A DNA stretch of 64,000 nucleotides from Clostridia bacterium (GCA_051866635.1 JBJDXJ010000052.1:30440-94439), one strand, 5' to 3'. Positions 9,509 to 18,276 are shown, counted from the first letter of the stretch. A program made the numbers and translations. The notes: generated by a model from the sequence alone, not told the origin.

Positions 9509-10801
9509 ATGGGAAAGAAAGTTGGATTTCTTGCACTTGGGTGCAAGGTTAATCAATATGAAGTTGATGCGTATACGGCAATGTTTAAAGAAGCAGGATT
9601 TGAAATTGCTTCTTTTGACGATGTGTGCGATATATATGTTATAAATACATGTTCTGTTACAAATCTTGGTGACAGAAAAAGCAGACAGATGATAAGAAGG
9701 GCAAAGGCAAAAAATCCCTGTGCAATTGTTGTCGCCACAGGTTGCTATGCACAGGTCAGCTATAATGAGGTTTCTGAAATGGAAGAGGTTGACCTTTGTA
9801 TAGGGACAAGCCTTCGCTCAAAGATTGTGGAGCTTACAGAGAAAGCCTTAAACGGGGAAGATGTAAATGCCTATGTTGACATTATGAAGGTCAGAGGGTT
9901 TGAAGAACTGGAATGTGAAAGCGTAACAGAAAGAACAAGGGCAAACATAAAAATACAGGACGGATGCGATAACTTCTGCTCATACTGCATTGTGCCTTAT
10001 GCACGTGGCCCGGTAAGGTCAAGAAAACTTGAAAGTATCATAAAAGAGGCACAAAGAATTGCAGATTTAGGCTTTAAAGAAGTTGTGCTTACAGGTATCA
10101 GCGTTGCAAGTTACGGCAAAGATACTAAGGAATGTAAACTTATTGATGTTATTGAAAAGGTTTGCGAAATTGACAAAATTGAAAGAGTGAGACTGTCGTC
10201 AATTGACCCTGTTGCTTTTAGTGATGACTTTATTGAAAGACTGTCAAAACAACCTAAGGTATGCGACCATTTTCACATTTCCCTTCAAAGCGGCAGTGAT
10301 GAAGTGTTAAAAAATATGAACCGTAAGTACAAAACGGCAGAATACCTTGATATGCTAAACCGCATAAGGGCAAAAATGCCTTATGTAGGCATAACCACTG
10401 ACATTATAGAAGGCTTCCCGGAGGAAACGGAAGAAAATTTTGAAGAAACAAAATCTTTTGCACGAAAAGCAGGCTTTTCAAAGATACATGTGTTCCCTTA
10501 TTCCGAGCGTCGTGGCACAGCGGCGGCACAGATGCCCCAAATACCGATGCCCTTGCGTGAAAGAAGGGCGAAGGAACTGGGCTTAATCGGGGAAGAATTA
10601 AAGTGCAATTATGAAAAGAGCTTTGTTGGCAAAAAAGTGGAAGTCCTTTTTGAGCAGACTAAAAAAGGTTACACGGAAGGGTTAACTAAAAATTATCTGA
10701 GGGTGTTTGTGGAAGAAAACGAAACACTTCACAATAATTGTGCAACTGTTGAAATTTTAAACTATGATGGCGGAAAGCTTTACGGAAGGGTTGTTAAATG
10801 A
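9509..10801 (+). CDS. mtaB: tRNA t6A37 methylthiotransferase MtaB
   Basis: LGCKVNQYE, INTCSVT, GCYAQ, KIQDGCDNFCSYC, HVFPYSER, GLTKNY. Confidence 0.93.
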   Translation: MGKKVGFLALGCKVNQYEVDAYTAMFKEAGFEIASFDDVCDIYVINTCSVTNLGDRKSRQMIRRAKAKNPCAIVVATGCYAQVSYNEVSEMEEVDLCIGTSLRSKIVELTEKALNGEDVNAYVDIMKVRGFEELECESVTERTRANIKIQDGCDNFCSYCIVPYARGPVRSRKLESIIKEAQRIADLGFKEVVLTGISVASYGKDTKECKLIDVIEKVCEIDKIERVRLSSIDPVAFSDDFIERLSKQPKVCDHFHISLQSGSDEVLKNMNRKYKTAEYLDMLNRIRAKMPYVGITTDIIEGFPEETEENFEETKSFARKAGFSKIHVFPYSERRGTAAAQMPQIPMPLRERRAKELGLIGEELKCNYEKSFVGKKVEVLFEQTKKGYTEGLTKNYLRVFVEENETLHNNCATVEILNYDGGKLYGRVVK

Positions 10802-12108
10802 AAAATCTATCATATTCAAGAATAATAGCAATAGGCTTTTTTGTGATGATACTTATAGGCACTATGCTTTTAATGCTTCCCATATCATCACAAAGTGGCA
10901 GTTGGACAGGTTTTTCGGAAGCCTTCTTTACTGCGGTGAGTGCACAGTGTGTTACGGGGCTGGTAATTGTTAATACTGCAACACATTGGTCACTTTTCGG
11001 TCAATTGGTGATTTTGTTTCTAATCCAGACGGGCGGATTGGGTTTTATATCCATAAGCGTATACCTGTCCATTATGATGAAAAGAAAGCTAAGTTTGCAT
11101 CAACGAGGACTTTTTCAGGAAAGCATGAACACCCTTGAGATGTCGGGAATAACACATTTGACAAAAAGGATAATGATAGGCGTGTTCAGTTTTGAACTTA
11201 TGGGTGCAATACTTTTGTTGCCAACCTTTTTAAAAAGCTTTTCTGTTCCAAAAGCATTGTATTACAGCGTTTTTCATTCAATATCGGCATTTTGCAATGC
11301 GGGATTTTCCACTTTGGATGGAAATTTGATTAATATGCACGATAATATATTCTTCTGCGTTGTAATAATGCTCCTTGTAACTATAGGCGGTTTGGGATTT
11401 ATAGTGTGGGATGATTTGTATGTAAATAAACTGCATTTTGCCAGTTGGCGTTTGCACACCAAAATAGTTGTTTTAATGACAGTTGCAATAACTTTATCGG
11501 GTGCGGTGCTTTTGTTTATTACAGAGAGGGGAACTGTCCTTGAAAGTATGACTTGGGGCGAAAAAATAACTGCATCATTTTTCGGTGCGGTGACTGCCAG
11601 AACGGCAGGGTTTAACACAATTGATGTTGCATCATTAAGTGATGGCGGTAAATTAATCACAATGGTTATTATGTTTATCGGCGGAAGCCCCGGCAGCACG
11701 GCAGGCGGTATAAAGACAACAACCTTTCTGGTAATTCTTGTTTTTATACTGTCGAACTTTAAAAGGACACAACCAAATATTTTCGGCAGAAGGCTTGAAG
11801 ATGATTCTGTAAGAAAGGCTACAACGGTATTTGCAACAAATCTTTCCCTTGTTATAATTGCAAGTGTTGTGCTTTGTAGTATTACAAATATAAATCTGAC
11901 GGACACGCTGTTTGAAACGGTATCTGCCATAAGTACTGTGGGTATGAGCAGTGCAGGTACCGAAAACTATGGCAGAATTGGTGCATATGTTATAGCCATC
12001 CTGATGTATTTGGGGAGAGTTGGCAGTATGACATTTGCGGTATCGTTCTTTGAAAAAAAGAAAAAAGTTGCAATAGGCTATTTGCCTGAAAGGATTGCGA
12101 TAGGTTAA
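10798..12108 (+). CDS. ktrB: TrkH/KtrB potassium uptake membrane subunit
   Basis: SAQCVTGL, SAFCNAGF, RTAGF, GSTAGGIK and SAISTVG pore motifs. Confidence 0.92.
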   Translation: MKNLSYSRIIAIGFFVMILIGTMLLMLPISSQSGSWTGFSEAFFTAVSAQCVTGLVIVNTATHWSLFGQLVILFLIQTGGLGFISISVYLSIMMKRKLSLHQRGLFQESMNTLEMSGITHLTKRIMIGVFSFELMGAILLLPTFLKSFSVPKALYYSVFHSISAFCNAGFSTLDGNLINMHDNIFFCVVIMLLVTIGGLGFIVWDDLYVNKLHFASWRLHTKIVVLMTVAITLSGAVLLFITERGTVLESMTWGEKITASFFGAVTARTAGFNTIDVASLSDGGKLITMVIMFIGGSPGSTAGGIKTTTFLVILVFILSNFKRTQPNIFGRRLEDDSVRKATTVFATNLSLVIIASVVLCSITNINLTDTLFETVSAISTVGMSSAGTENYGRIGAYVIAILMYLGRVGSMTFAVSFFEKKKKVAIGYLPERIAIG

Positions 12109-12120
12109 GGAGGAAAAACA

Positions 12121-12780
12121 ATGAAAAATAAAAATGTATTGGTCATAGGCATGGGCAGATTCGGTCAACATCTTTGCAAAAAGCTCTATGAGCTTAATAA
12201 CGAAATAATGGCAATTGATATAGACGAACCTGCTCTTGATAACGTGAGCGAATATGTTGCCACAGCACGTATTGCGGACTGCACAAACCCCGAAGTTTTA
12301 TCAAGCATCGGTGTGACGGATTTTGACATATGCATTGTGTGCATAGGAAATAATTTTCAAAACAGTCTGGAAATTACAAGCCAGCTTAAGGACATGGGTG
12401 CAAAATATGTTATAAGCAAAGCAAATCGTGATATACAGGCAAAGTTCCTTCTTCGTAACGGTGCCGATGAAGTCATTTATCCCAACCGTGACATGGCAGA
12501 AAAATTGGCAAGAAGGATAAGCATAAACCATATTTTTGACTATATTGAATTAACGGGCGAATACGGAATATATGAAATCCCTGCTCTTGATGAATGGGTT
12601 GGGAAAAGCATTAAAGAATCAAACATACGTGCCAATTACCACGTTAATGTTATCGGGACTAAAGTTATGGAAAAAACAAATGTTATGCCCATGGCAGATT
12701 ACGTAATAAGTAAAGACGAGCATCTTATAGTTGTGGCATCACAAAAGGAAATTGACAAGATTGTAAAGAAAATACGTTGA
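12121..12780 (+). CDS. ktrA: TrkA/KtrA RCK regulatory subunit
   Basis: VIGMGRFG Rossmann motif, GADEVIYP; follows ktrB. Confidence 0.92.
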   Translation: MKNKNVLVIGMGRFGQHLCKKLYELNNEIMAIDIDEPALDNVSEYVATARIADCTNPEVLSSIGVTDFDICIVCIGNNFQNSLEITSQLKDMGAKYVISKANRDIQAKFLLRNGADEVIYPNRDMAEKLARRISINHIFDYIELTGEYGIYEIPALDEWVGKSIKESNIRANYHVNVIGTKVMEKTNVMPMADYVISKDEHLIVVASQKEIDKIVKKIR

Positions 12781-12933
12781 TACATCATTAGGTAAAATTC
12801 TATAAACAATAGGTTTTTTCGGAAAAATTATAGGACTAAGACTAAAAAAATGTAAAAATTATATTGACAAATTATCTCTTTTGTAGTAGAATTGAACTCG
12901 CTGAAAATGCCCATAGGTGGCAGAGGTGATAAC

Positions 12934-13440
12934 ATGAAAATAAATATTGCAAGTGTCATCAACTGTGACGGCGCAAAGCTTGATATTGAAAAGGAGTTCC
13001 CCATAGGCTCTTTTGAGTTTGCAGGGAATGAGTATTCCTTTGAAAAACCTGTGAAAGTTACAGGTGAAATCAGAAATATCGGCAGTGCGTTGAGGATTAT
13101 CCTCAATGTTTGGGGTGAGTACACGGCTTTTTGTGATCGTTGCGGCTGTGATGTAACAAAATCTGTTGCTAGTGCAACAGAGGAGGACATTACAGAAGGC
13201 AATGATGATTTTGACGAAGAGATGTTTTCAATCGTAGGACATACGTTAGATATTTCCGGTGCGGTTGAATCTTTAGTGTACAGTAGTCTTCCTATGCGTA
13301 ATCTGTGCAGTGACGATTGTAAGGGTTTATGCCCTAAATGCGGTACAGATTTAAACAAATCAGAATGTAATTGCGATACGACAAGGTATGACCCTCGTTT
13401 CGCTATTTTCAGAAAATTAGCAGGAAATGGTGAGGTGTGA
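12934..13440 (+). CDS. DUF177/YceD-family protein
   Basis: CDRC and LCSDDCKGLCPKCG, DPRF; sits just upstream of rpmF; ATG 12934 with GAGGTG RBS. Confidence 0.9.
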   Translation: MKINIASVINCDGAKLDIEKEFPIGSFEFAGNEYSFEKPVKVTGEIRNIGSALRIILNVWGEYTAFCDRCGCDVTKSVASATEEDITEGNDDFDEEMFSIVGHTLDISGAVESLVYSSLPMRNLCSDDCKGLCPKCGTDLNKSECNCDTTRYDPRFAIFRKLAGNGEV

Positions 13441-13443
13441 AAA

Positions 13444-13623
13444 ATGGCAGTTCCTAAGCACAGAACTTCTAAAATGAAGAAGCGTCAGAGAAGAGCAAAC
13501 TGGAAGCTTCTTATTCCCGGCATGGTAAAGTGCTCTCATTGCGGCGAGTATACAAAGCCCCACATGGTATGTAAGGCTTGCGGTTACTATGACGGTAAGG
13601 AAATCGTAAAGGTAGAAGCGTAA
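13444..13623 (+). CDS. rpmF: 50S ribosomal protein L32 (Zn-ribbon type)
   Basis: Translated by hand: [59 protein letters not shown]. Confidence 0.97.
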   Translation: MAVPKHRTSKMKKRQRRANWKLLIPGMVKCSHCGEYTKPHMVCKACGYYDGKEIVKVEA

Positions 13624-13689
13624 GAGACGCATTGATGAGCAGAATCTTCTGATTCTGCTCTCCTTATTTCCTTTGTATTAATTATATCT

Positions 13690-13766
13690 GTCGATATAGC
13701 TCAGCAGGATAGAGCGACCGCCTCCTAAGCGGTAGGTCGGAGGTTCGAATCCTCTTATCGACGCCA
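13690..13766 (+). tRNA. tRNA-Arg (anticodon CCT)
   Basis: GTCGATA/TATCGAC acceptor stem, D-arm GCTCAGCAGGATAGAGC, anticodon stem ACCGC/GCGGT with loop CTCCTAA, GGTTCGAATCC T-loop, encoded CCA. Confidence 0.96.
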
Positions 13767-13767
13767 G

Positions 13768-13799
13768 AAAAAACGACTTGTTTCGACAAGTCGTTTTTT
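13768..13799 (+). terminator. Intrinsic terminator after tRNA-Arg
   Basis: AAAAAACGACTTGT-TTCG-ACAAGTCGTTTTTT perfect hairpin. Confidence 0.85.
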
Positions 13800-13800
13800 C

Positions 13801-13982
13801 ATCGATATAAATTCCTGAAGGAATTTGCTATATATACTTCATATGCGATATATCTTCGATTCGATATGTTGCCTTATGGCAACGAGTAGAGGAATTTATA
13901 TCATATCGCAACAAAGCGAAGTGGAGTTATATCGAATTTGCGAAGCAAATATATTGCACGAGCGAGAGCGAGTATATCGCTA
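13801..13982. repeat. tRNA-adjacent multi-hairpin element with recurring ATATC/GATAT motifs
   Basis: 13-bp inverted repeat 13804-13816/13890-13902, several short hairpins and repeated TATATC words. Confidence 0.55.
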
Positions 13983-14101
13983 ATTAAATTAGATATCTCT
14001 ATGGTTTTGTTTTGTATTATTTATTAAGAAAGGATTTTTGTAATGAATAGTAAATTTTTTCAATTTAACGTTTTCAAGGTGGGATATTTCACTAAAACAT
14101 A

Positions 14102-14130
14102 TTGCAAACTACGTTATAGTGTGGTATAAT
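14102..14130 (+). promoter_or_regulatory. sigma-A promoter TTGCAA-17-TATAAT with extended -10
   Basis: Near-consensus hexamers, 17-bp spacer, TG upstream of the -10. Confidence 0.75.
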
Positions 14131-14136
14131 TTAGCA

Positions 14137-14263
14137 CGAAAGTCATCGGAGGACAGTACACCGTAGTGTAGGGGAGCAAATTCAGTTTGCGGCCGCCTGT
14201 CGGATAAGATGTCGAGTGAGCTCGGTTATTACTTTTAGTAACAGCCGGGTATTTTTATTTTTT
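14137..14263 (+). promoter_or_regulatory. Structured 5' leader plus intrinsic terminator (riboswitch/attenuator candidate) upstream of the GNAT gene
   Basis: GACAG/CTGTC stem encloses two hairpins, followed by terminator CTCGGTTATTACT-TTT-AGTAACAGCCGGG and a U-rich tract directly before the RBS. Confidence 0.6.
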
Positions 14264-14278
14264 AGGGGGATTTATTAT

Positions 14279-14818
14279 ATGAAAAACACAAAGGTTGCTC
14301 TTATGCCGCTGACGGCGGACGACCGTGAACAGTTCATTCTTGACAACCAGGAAGCATTTAGGTTCGGAGCACTTGAGGAGTTTGGCAAACGTGATGACCA
14401 TTTGGATCTTGATGGGGAAATTATTTCTCGAAAAACTATTGAGGAGAGTATTGACTCCGAGGATGCTGAAACATATCGCATTATGCTTGACGGCGAAAAG
14501 GTTGGCGGTGTGATCCTTAAAATTGATAACAAAACACATCACAACCATCTTGATATTCTCTTTGTTTCCCCAAAGGTACACAGCAAAGGTATAGGCTACA
14601 AAGCATGGCAGGCGGTAGAAGAGATGCACCCTGAAACCAAAATTTGGGAGACCTGTACACCTTATTTTGAAAAACGGAATATACATTTTTATGTGAACAA
14701 GTTAGGCTTTCATATTGTGGAATTTTTCTGTGAATATAATACTGACAATAACTGCCCGGAAGAAAAGCCCTCAGACGGACCTGATGAAATGTTTAGATTT
14801 ATAAAAGTAATGAAGTAG
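14279..14818 (+). CDS. GNAT-family N-acetyltransferase
   Basis: LFVSPKVHSKGIG acetyl-CoA motif A and RNIHFYVNKLGF; ATG 14279 with AGGGGG RBS. Confidence 0.9.
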   Translation: MKNTKVALMPLTADDREQFILDNQEAFRFGALEEFGKRDDHLDLDGEIISRKTIEESIDSEDAETYRIMLDGEKVGGVILKIDNKTHHNHLDILFVSPKVHSKGIGYKAWQAVEEMHPETKIWETCTPYFEKRNIHFYVNKLGFHIVEFFCEYNTDNNCPEEKPSDGPDEMFRFIKVMK

Positions 14819-14823
14819 GCAGA

Positions 14824-14905
14824 ATTGAGCCTGACTGTATGCGGTCAAATATACGCTTTTTCATTTCCTCCTTGGTTAGATCCTTCCGGTCGAGAGAGCC
14901 AACAT
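14824..14905 (-). pseudogene. 82-bp diverged duplicate of an internal part of the polysaccharide deacetylase gene (copy of 15203-15284)
   Basis: Ungapped manual alignment, 6 mismatches in 82 bp. Confidence 0.85.
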
Positions 14906-15008
14906 TCGACACAAAAGTCTTTACAGTGTTTACATAAGTCACGAAGTTTTTGAAATTCGCGAAATAGCTGACATTCAGCTTGATGAAAATGGTATAAAAT
15001 GAAAGATG

Positions 15009-15052
15009 TTCATCAGTCAGCAAAGTTGATAGCTTCTCCTCAAGGGGAAGCC
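15009..15052. repeat. Degenerate clostridial REP-like palindromic element
   Basis: CATCAGTCAGC-AAA-GTTGAT followed by hairpin GCTTCTCC-TCAA-GGGGAAGC; resembles a dispersed Clostridia repeat recalled as ...GACAGCTTCCCCTCAAGGGGAAGCC. Confidence 0.55.
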
Positions 15053-15798
15053 TTGTACTGCCGCCCTGTATGGTCAATTGAGTAGTTTTCTTTGTAAATT
15101 AAATCAGAAACACGTACAAATTCATACCCTTCATCTTTAAGAGATTGAAGTATTCCCGGAAGGGCAGAAGCAGTCTGCTTTGTACCGTTATGGAAAAGTA
15201 GGATTGAGCCTGACTGTATGCGGTCAAAAATACGCTTTTTCATTTCCTCCTCTGTTAAATCCTTCCAGTCGAGAGAGTCAACATCCCATTGTATGCAAAA
15301 ACGCCCTGTTTCTTTTGCGGCTAAAATTGAATTATTTGTATAATCCCCTGATGGTGCACGCATTATATTCGGGCGAAAACCTAAAACAGATTCAATTACG
15401 CTGTCGCATTTATCCATGTCTGATATAATTTCATCCTTTGAAAGTGTAGAATACAGTGTATGATTATAGCTGTGCGAGCCTATTTCGTGACCGTTTGAAT
15501 GAAGTTTTTTTAAGGCTTCGGGGAAACGTTCTGCCCAATCACCTGTTACAAAGAAGGTGGCAGGACAGCTGTATGCACACAGTACATTTATAATTTGGTC
15601 AATGTCGTCATCATTCCATGCACTGTCAAAGGTGACGGCTATTTTTTTATCCTGTCTTTCTACAGAGTAGATAGGCAGTTCCTTGCTTTTTACACTTGTT
15701 TCAACACTTTTGAACAGCTTTGGTACACAGGCAGATGATACCAGAATGGCGGCTAAAAGAAGAAAAATAGTGTGTTTTGTAATTACAAAGATTTTCAT
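15040..15798 (-). CDS. Polysaccharide deacetylase (PdaB-like sporulation protein)
   Basis: TFDSAW, ATFFVTG, HSYNH, RAPSG, WDVDSLDW, ILLFH NodB motifs. Confidence 0.9.
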   Translation of the reverse strand: MKIFVITKHTIFLLLAAILVSSACVPKLFKSVETSVKSKELPIYSVERQDKKIAVTFDSAWNDDDIDQIINVLCAYSCPATFFVTGDWAERFPEALKKLHSNGHEIGSHSYNHTLYSTLSKDEIISDMDKCDSVIESVLGFRPNIMRAPSGDYTNNSILAAKETGRFCIQWDVDSLDWKDLTEEEMKKRIFDRIQSGSILLFHNGTKQTASALPGILQSLKDEGYEFVRVSDLIYKENYSIDHTGRQYKASP

Positions 15799-16532
15799 GA
15801 TTGCCCCTCACTTTTTGCACTGTCAATTTTTTCAAAGTCTTCAATATTTTTATAATATGCCACTATCCCGTCACATATTGCACTTGCAATCCGTGATTGA
15901 TAAATGTCATCGCATAAAAGTTTTTCTTCCTCGGCATTTGAAAGAAATCCGCATTCTACAATAATGGCAGGAATTGTTGAGTTTTTCATAAGATAGAGAG
16001 AATTATCAGCCTTTTTGATTTGCCGTGATTGGTTTTGTGGGTCTATGGAAGTCATTTCATCCATTATTAACTGTGCTAAAAGTGTGGACTGAATAAATTT
16101 ATCAGAATACAGAACTTCCGCACCACGGTACTTTGACTGGTGAAACTTATTTATATGTATGCTTATAAACATATCTGCCTGCGTGTTTTTCATTATAGAA
16201 AGCCTTTTTTCCATGTCGGCTTTTTTCTTTTTATCAAGACCGTCTTCGCCCTCACGTGTCATAATTACCTTGTAGCCACGCTCTGTAAGCTCTTGTTCAA
16301 GTTTTTTTGAAATACTTAAATTAAGACTGCTTTCAACTGTTCCCGATTTACTGACTGCACCGCCATCAGGCGTGCCGTGCCCGGGATCGATAATTATACA
16401 TTTGTAGTTTTCATGATTAAAACTCATGGCAGGTACATCACTGTGCATAAAAGACATTGCAATAATAAGAATAATCAGTCCTATACCTAAAAAAAGTATT
16501 CCACGTCGAATAACTAATATCAAAATTTCCAC
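15795..16532 (-). CDS. cwlD: N-acetylmuramoyl-L-alanine amidase (CwlD-like)
   Basis: IIDPGHG, FISIHIN, IVECGFLSN amidase_3 motifs; N-terminal TM; sigma-E-like promoter. Confidence 0.8.
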   Translation of the reverse strand: MEILILVIRRGILFLGIGLIILIIAMSFMHSDVPAMSFNHENYKCIIIDPGHGTPDGGAVSKSGTVESSLNLSISKKLEQELTERGYKVIMTREGEDGLDKKKKADMEKRLSIMKNTQADMFISIHINKFHQSKYRGAEVLYSDKFIQSTLLAQLIMDEMTSIDPQNQSRQIKKADNSLYLMKNSTIPAIIVECGFLSNAEEEKLLCDDIYQSRIASAICDGIVAYYKNIEDFEKIDSAKSEGQS

Positions 16533-16543
16533 CTCGTTTATAC

Positions 16544-16573
16544 ACTGTATGAAAGCCTTACGGGAAAAATGAC
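16544..16573 (-). promoter_or_regulatory. sigma-E-like promoter for cwlD-pda
   Basis: GTCATTT...CATACAGT on the minus strand with sigma-E-like spacing. Confidence 0.55.
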
Positions 16574-16653
16574 TTTACACTCTTGTAATATAGAAGAAAA
16601 TTCTGCATATAATTAAATAAAGCCATGCTTTGTACATAAAGGAGTGTTTATGA

Positions 16654-17256
16654 ATGGAGAATAATTTTATAAGTCTACAGGGTGTAGTTGAAGGTGATGT
16701 TGAATACAGCCATAATGTTCAGGAAGAAGAATTTTATAAATTCATGCTGAATGTATCCCGTCTTTCAGGGGTTATAGATTCACTTCCAATAACAATTTCA
16801 AAGAAGTTACTTTCGGAGAACGCAATAAAAAGCGGTGACAATATTTCTGTAACGGGGCAGCTACGAAGCTATAACAAATATTCTGATAACCGTACAAGAC
16901 TTATACTTACAGCCTTTGCCAAAACAATAGACGAAGAAAAGAATGAAGAAGAAAATCCCAATAATGTGGTTTTAAACGGATATGTCTGCAAGACACCTAC
17001 CTACAGAAAAACTCCCTTCGGGCGTGAAATCACCGATGTAATTATTGCAGTTAACCGTGCATTTAACCGTTCAGACTACATTCCGACTATTTGTTGGGGA
17101 AAAAACGCACTTTTCTGCCGTGATTTGCCGGTGGGAACAAATGTGCTTATAAAAGGAAGACTTCAATCCCGTGAATACACAAAACGCAACGGCGATGAGT
17201 ATTCCATAAGGACGGCATACGAAGTATCTGTGGGAGAAATTGAAGAAATTTCATGA
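16654..17256 (+). CDS. Single-stranded DNA-binding protein with two OB folds
   Basis: RLSGVIDSLP...GQLRSYN and YRKTPFGREITD...RSDYIP...GRLQSREY tandem SSB domains. Confidence 0.9.
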   Translation: MENNFISLQGVVEGDVEYSHNVQEEEFYKFMLNVSRLSGVIDSLPITISKKLLSENAIKSGDNISVTGQLRSYNKYSDNRTRLILTAFAKTIDEEKNEEENPNNVVLNGYVCKTPTYRKTPFGREITDVIIAVNRAFNRSDYIPTICWGKNALFCRDLPVGTNVLIKGRLQSREYTKRNGDEYSIRTAYEVSVGEIEEIS

Positions 17257-17320
17257 TTATAGTTGCAAGTTTGTTAAAAATATAGTATAATCACCTAAGA
17301 GAAACTCAGTGAGGTGTGCT

Positions 17321-17737
17321 ATGAGAATTATAGGACTTGACTACGGCGAAGCAAGAATAGGGGTTGCGGTGAGCGATATTCTTGAAACAATTGCAAATCC
17401 CCTTGATACAATAAGCGAGAAAGACCGTGAAAAACAGCTTGAAAAGGTTATAAAGGTTATTGAACGTGAAGGGGTAGAAAAAATAGTTGTAGGTCTTCCT
17501 AAACGTATGGACGGAACTTTGGGACACAGAGCTGAGTACACAAAGGAATTTGCCGAGGAGCTAAGCTTAAGATGCAATCTTCCTCTTATTATGTGGGATG
17601 AAAGGCTGTCATCTTCAGAAGCTCACAAAGTCCTTGACCAAGGTGGTGTAGGCGGAAAAAAGCGAAAGACCAAGGTTGATAAGATTGCTGCGGTTTTGAT
17701 TTTGCAGACTTATCTTGACAGCCAAATGAGAATATGA
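17321..17737 (+). CDS. ruvX: Holliday junction resolvase-like / pre-16S rRNA nuclease RuvX (YqgF)
   Basis: GLDYGEARIGVAVSD, VVGLP, WDERLSS, VDKIAAVLILQ. Confidence 0.95.
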   Translation: MRIIGLDYGEARIGVAVSDILETIANPLDTISEKDREKQLEKVIKVIEREGVEKIVVGLPKRMDGTLGHRAEYTKEFAEELSLRCNLPLIMWDERLSSSEAHKVLDQGGVGGKKRKTKVDKIAAVLILQTYLDSQMRI

Positions 17738-17752
17738 AAGGATGTATTTAAA

Positions 17753-18010
17753 ATGGAAAACAATAAGGATGAAATACTTGACGCTATGGAAGATTTTGAC
17801 GTGCTTGACGAAATCGAATTTGAAGGAGCAACTTATTTTGCCATGACACCTATTGAAGGGAAAGAGGCTGAGGGCGAAGTATTTATTATGAAACTTGTTG
17901 ATATTGACGGTGCAGAAATGCTTGAATCTGTTGAAGACGATGAATTGTTTGACAAGGTTTACAATATTTTCAAAGAAAATAATGCTGACGAATTTGACTT
18001 TTTAGATTGA
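17753..18010 (+). CDS. DUF1292-family acidic protein
   Basis: FDVLDEIEFEGATY...VEDDELFDKVYNIF; conserved position after ruvX. Confidence 0.8.
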   Translation: MENNKDEILDAMEDFDVLDEIEFEGATYFAMTPIEGKEAEGEVFIMKLVDIDGAEMLESVEDDELFDKVYNIFKENNADEFDFLD

Positions 18011-18065
18011 TTTTTTTGTTGTTATAGGTTATAATAAAAGAGAAGTAGAAAATAGCGAAATACAT

Positions 18066-18255
18066 TGCTCTGCGGTGTGCGTATATATCGGGGCACTATT
18101 TGAACCAACACATTTTTTTAGGGAGAATGACCTCGGATCGCTGCGTGTAAGCTCTCCCTCGCTTTGCGACGAAGAGAGAAACCCATAACCGGTTCGGAAT
18201 TCACCCACCTGCTTTGCAGGTTTCAAATAAGCTTCATTTACGGCATTGTGGGGCA
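18066..18255 (+). ncRNA. ssrS: 6S RNA
   Basis: Closing stem TGCTCTGCGGTG/CATTGTGGGGCA; Firmicutes 6S words GTGTGCGT, TTGAACCAACA, GGGAG, CCCACCTGC...GCAGGTTTCAA and ACGGCA; about 190 nt. Confidence 0.8.
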
Positions 18256-18276
18256 CTTTTTATAGGAGGAGTTATC

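Noticed and set aside
13801-13982. CRISPR-like array
   Set aside because: The repeated words are only 5-7 bp with irregular spacing, and no cas genes are present.
14043-14129. 28-codon ORF with an AAAGGA RBS (MNSKFFQFNVF...)
   Set aside because: It runs through the GNAT promoter and ends before the leader, so it cannot be its leader peptide; more likely a truncated gene remnant or chance.
14799-15077. 92-aa minus-strand ORF
   Set aside because: It is a chance read-through of the REP-like element, a spacer and the duplicated deacetylase fragment; no RBS or coherent domain.
14824-15284. Possible diversity-generating retroelement TR/VR pair
   Set aside because: Mismatches are not confined to adenines on either strand, many are synonymous, and there is no reverse transcriptase in the window.
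18040-18260. T-box leader or coding ORFs (18029-18256 minus, 18214 upstream start)
   Set aside because: No T-box GGTGGNACCGCG motif; the end-to-end pairing and conserved words fit 6S RNA.
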